From positions 10,168,001 to 10,232,000 of the forward strand of contig NW_027361739.1 in the NCBI RefSeq assembly GCF_039654945.1: 64,000 bases of DNA, in the 5' to 3' direction. This document shows, in pieces, positions 60,645 to 64,000 of the stretch. How positions within the stretch are numbered: position 1 is the stretch's first letter; the number at the start of each line of letters is the position of its first letter. Made by a program: the position numbers and the translations under genes. This DNA comes from Dendrobates tinctorius. Lineage: Eukaryota. The notes under the pieces are model-generated. The model worked only from the letters and a program-made list of their open reading frames with translations, made no database searches and was not told the origin of the DNA.

Positions 60645-63600
60645 CGGAGCCTCACTAAAGGCATACCGTCAACCCCAACTCACCACAGACACAGATTTCC
60701 AATCCAAAACTGGATTATGAATCTGTAACCAGGGAAACCCCAGAACAATAGTATCATGCAGATTATGCAACACCAAAAATCTGCAATTTTCTTGATGGTC
60801 TGGGGCGACCCGCATTACCACCTGGGTCCAAAACTGGGGTTTATTTTTAGCCAAAGGAGTAGCATCAATCCCCCTCAAAGGGATAGGCGTCTGCAGAGGT
60901 GTCATCGGAAATCCACAACGTTTAGCAAAATCCAAGTCCATTAGGTTTAGGGCTGCTCCCGAATCCACAAAAGCCTTGGCGGAAAATGTGGACAGGGAGC
61001 AGATCAGAGTAATAGCCAGAAGAAACTTAGGTTGAACACCCCCAACAGAAAACGTGTGTGCAAAGCGTTTCTCTCGTTTAGGACAGACAGAAATAATATG
61101 CGAGGCATCTCCACAGAAAAAACACAACTTATTACGCCTTCTGAACTCCTGACGCTGCTCTCTGGAAAAAACTCTATCACATTGCATAGGTTCAGACATT
61201 TGTTCAACAGGTGGCAACACCTCTCGTGCAGCTTTGCGTTCGCGCAAACGCCGATCAGCCTGAATGGTAATGACATAGAATCGTCAAGACCAGAGGGAAC
61301 AGGAAATCCCACCATAGTATCTTTTACGGCTTCTGACAACCCCTTCCGAAAGAGAGCAGCCAAGGCATTATCATTCCAGGTAGTAAGTACTGCCCACTTT
61401 CGGAATTTTTGACAGTACAATTCTGCAGAATCACGACCCTGGCTCAATGCCAGCAGGGTCTTTTCAGCCTGATCAATGGCATTAGGTTCGTCATACAACA
61501 ACCCCAAAGCTTGAAAGAATGCGTTCACATTAGTCAGAATAGGATCATCTGGTTTCAAAGAAAACGCCCAATCCTGGGGATCGCCACGCAGCAAAGAGAT
61601 GACAATATTAACCTGCTGCGCAGAGCTCCCTGATGAGTTAGGCTTCAAGGCAAAAAATAATTTACAATTATTTTTGAAATTCAAAAATTTAGACCGATCC
61701 CCAAAAAATACATCAGGTGTAGGAATCTTTGGTTCAGCAGCATGTGAATGAGCAAGGTAGGCGGAAATTCCCCGCACTTCCGCAGCGAGCTGCTCCACAC
61801 GATCAGACAATTGCTTTATCTCCATTGAGAGAAAAAAAAAAAAATTCCCCCTACGGCCTCAGAGATATAGAGGAAAAAATATACACACTTTTTTTTTTTA
61901 CAATTCTTTCCTGCTATTGAGTACCCTAGGATCTGCGGTATGGCGGGTGATTGTGTTATGAATGAGTCACCGTAGGAGGCAAAAGCAGAAATACAAGCTA
62001 AGTCCAGAAAACCAGAGAAGTTGGCAACTATCAGATTGCATACCCCTGAACCTATCAACACAACTAGCAGTAGCCGTAGGGGGTTCCTACGATGCCCTAG
62101 ACCCCTCGATCACAGCCGGAGAATTACATAGGCCTAAAGAAAGAAAGGGGAAATCTAAACTGCCCCAGAGCAGACCCCAAAGCAATAGGCAGCCCCCAAC
62201 ATATTATGACGGTGAAGCAAGATGAAAACACTAACACAGACAGAAAGACAGACTGAGCAAAGACGGGGCCCAAAAACTACCTAGATAGGAAAGGACAGGA
62301 AGGCTGCTGTCTGCAATCTGCCAAAACCCTATCAAAGACATAAGCCAACAAGCTGATATGAAAAAGGCCCTGAAGCAGCTAGGCTTCAAAAACTAAATCA
62401 GCACTCAGGTATTTTCAGAAGACAGAGCTAAATGAATTCAGCACACCCCAGCAGGGAATGGCAGAAATCCAGAAAAACAAAGCAAAACAAAGTCAAGCAC
62501 CAAAGCAAAAGGCCGAGCAGCAAACTTAGCTTTAGAGGAGCAGGAATTCAGACTGGTCTCCAAGGATCCCACAGAGAAATCACCCGCAGGGCAGAAGGGT
62601 GTCGGCAGCCTTATATCTAGTCAGTAACTCCACTCAGCCAGTCATCATCATCAGCCTCAGGTGTTTGATAATCAGGCTCACTACCTTTCTTTACCAGAAG
62701 AGGGAGTTCCTCGGGCCTCAGTAATGAAGGGGAAAATGAACTCACAACACCAGACCACAGTTTGCCATTGGAAGGAGGGAGATCAGTGATAAAATCCATG
62801 GACAAATGAGTCCAAGGTCTATCCGGAATTGGCAATGGCACCAATTCCCTGGTGGGCCGGTTATGGGAGCTTTTAGCACGGGCACACGTATCACAAGCAG
62901 ACACAAACACGGCGATGTCAGAAGACATGGAGGACCACCAAAACAGGCTAGCAATAGCTCTCCGGGTGTCCGAGATTCCAGAGTTCCCACTGAGAGAAGA
63001 ATTGTGGAACTCCCGGAGGACCCTCAACAGATAGTGAACAGGGACGAAGAGCTTGTTATCAGGCAAAGACAGAGAAGCAAGATACTGAGCCTCACGAATT
63101 TCCCACTCCAATTCAGAGGACACTTCAGCAACGACCACCCCACACTGAGGAATGGAGGAAGGAGGTTCAGGAGGTGATATCAGATGCAATCTGCGAGATA
63201 AGGCATCAGCCTTGACATTCTTGGAACCTGGTCGAAAGGTGGTGGAAAAATGAAAACTTGAAAAAAAAGTGACCACCTCCCCTGTCTAGGAGTCAAACAT
63301 TTGGTAGACTCAAGGTAGGATAGGTTCTTGTAGTCCGTAACCACCGTGATACGATGAACAGCCCCCTTCAAAAAGTGCCTCCATTCTTCAAAAGCCAGTT
63401 TTATGGCTAATAATTCCCGATTCCCGACATCATAATTTCTCTCAGCAGGAGAAAATTTCTTGGAGAAAAAGGCACAAGGTCTTAAGTTAGTCAAAGTGAT
63501 GGGTCCCTGTGACAGCACCGCCTCCACTCACACCTTCGATGCGTCCACCTCAACAATGAATGGTTCAGATGGATCGGACTGGACCAATACAGGAGCGGAC

Positions 63601-64000
63601 ATAAAACATTTTTTCAATGTAGAAAAGGCTACCACTGCCGGGGCCGACCAGTTTTTAAGATCAGCCCTCTTACGGGTGAGGTCAGTGAGAGGCTTGACCA
63701 CCTGAGAAAACCCCTTAATAAATTTGCGATAGTATTTGGCAAAACCCAAAAAACGCTGAAGACCTCTGGGTTGCACTCAATCAACAATGGCCTTTACCTT
63801 TCCAGGGTCCATGCAAAATCCCTTGGCAGACAGGCTCTCCTGAGACCACTGCACAGTGGTTCCACTACCACTCAAATTACATAATTTTTTGGTATGTGTG
63901 CATGTAATATAGTGTTCTTCTGCACTTCTCAGTGACATCACTGCGCTGAAGGTTCTCTGGGTCATGCTGCGCTCTATATGACCCGGAAGTGACTTATACA

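Larger units (their letters stand above)
50804..62749 (-). mobile_element. Chromodomain Gypsy element (LTRs 50804-51596 and 61954-62749) with a Penelope inserted in its integrase
   Basis: Near-identical LTRs and 6-bp TSD ccagac. Gag 61004-61825, PR 60669-61247, RT-RH-IN 58092-60644, chromodomain ~51600-51920. Frameshifts present. Confidence 0.96.
49300..63830 (-). mobile_element. Decayed Gypsy element (3' LTR 49300-49862; IN/chromo to 50803; RH/IN 62756-63830), split by the Gypsy at 50804-62749
   Basis: LTR is related to the 15710 LTR. PPT present. The integrase sequence is continuous across the insertion. Confidence 0.88.

Overview
Eukaryotic, almost entirely repeat-derived DNA. The repeat families suggest an anuran (frog) genome, which is an inference. 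No host protein-coding gene can be confidently identified. The window is a nest of transposable elements. It holds an intact-looking full-length CR1 LINE inserted in a decayed DIRS element, and five chromodomain Ty3/Gypsy LTR elements plus a solo LTR. It also holds a full-length Penelope-like element (1 ORF, RT + GIY-YIG) with further Penelope fragments, four Tc1 elements or fragments, several Harbinger-type MITEs, a small Helitron, a tRNA-derived SINE and minisatellites. A 14.2-kb hAT-bounded unit encloses many of these. The most notable signals are RNA-level: (1) an array of five ~110-nt structured motifs at 46.4-48.4 kb that look like ENE-type U-rich internal loops (poly(A) triple-helix clamps) with compensatory changes, downstream of a decayed unknown ORF; (2) a 326-nt tandem hammerhead retrozyme at 13 kb; (3) a U-UUA-AAC slippery site linking CR1 ORF1 to an ATG-less ORF2 N-terminus; (4) tRNA-independent self-priming PBS/LTR complementarity with covariation in the Gypsy elements; (5) hammerhead variants in Penelope pLTRs.
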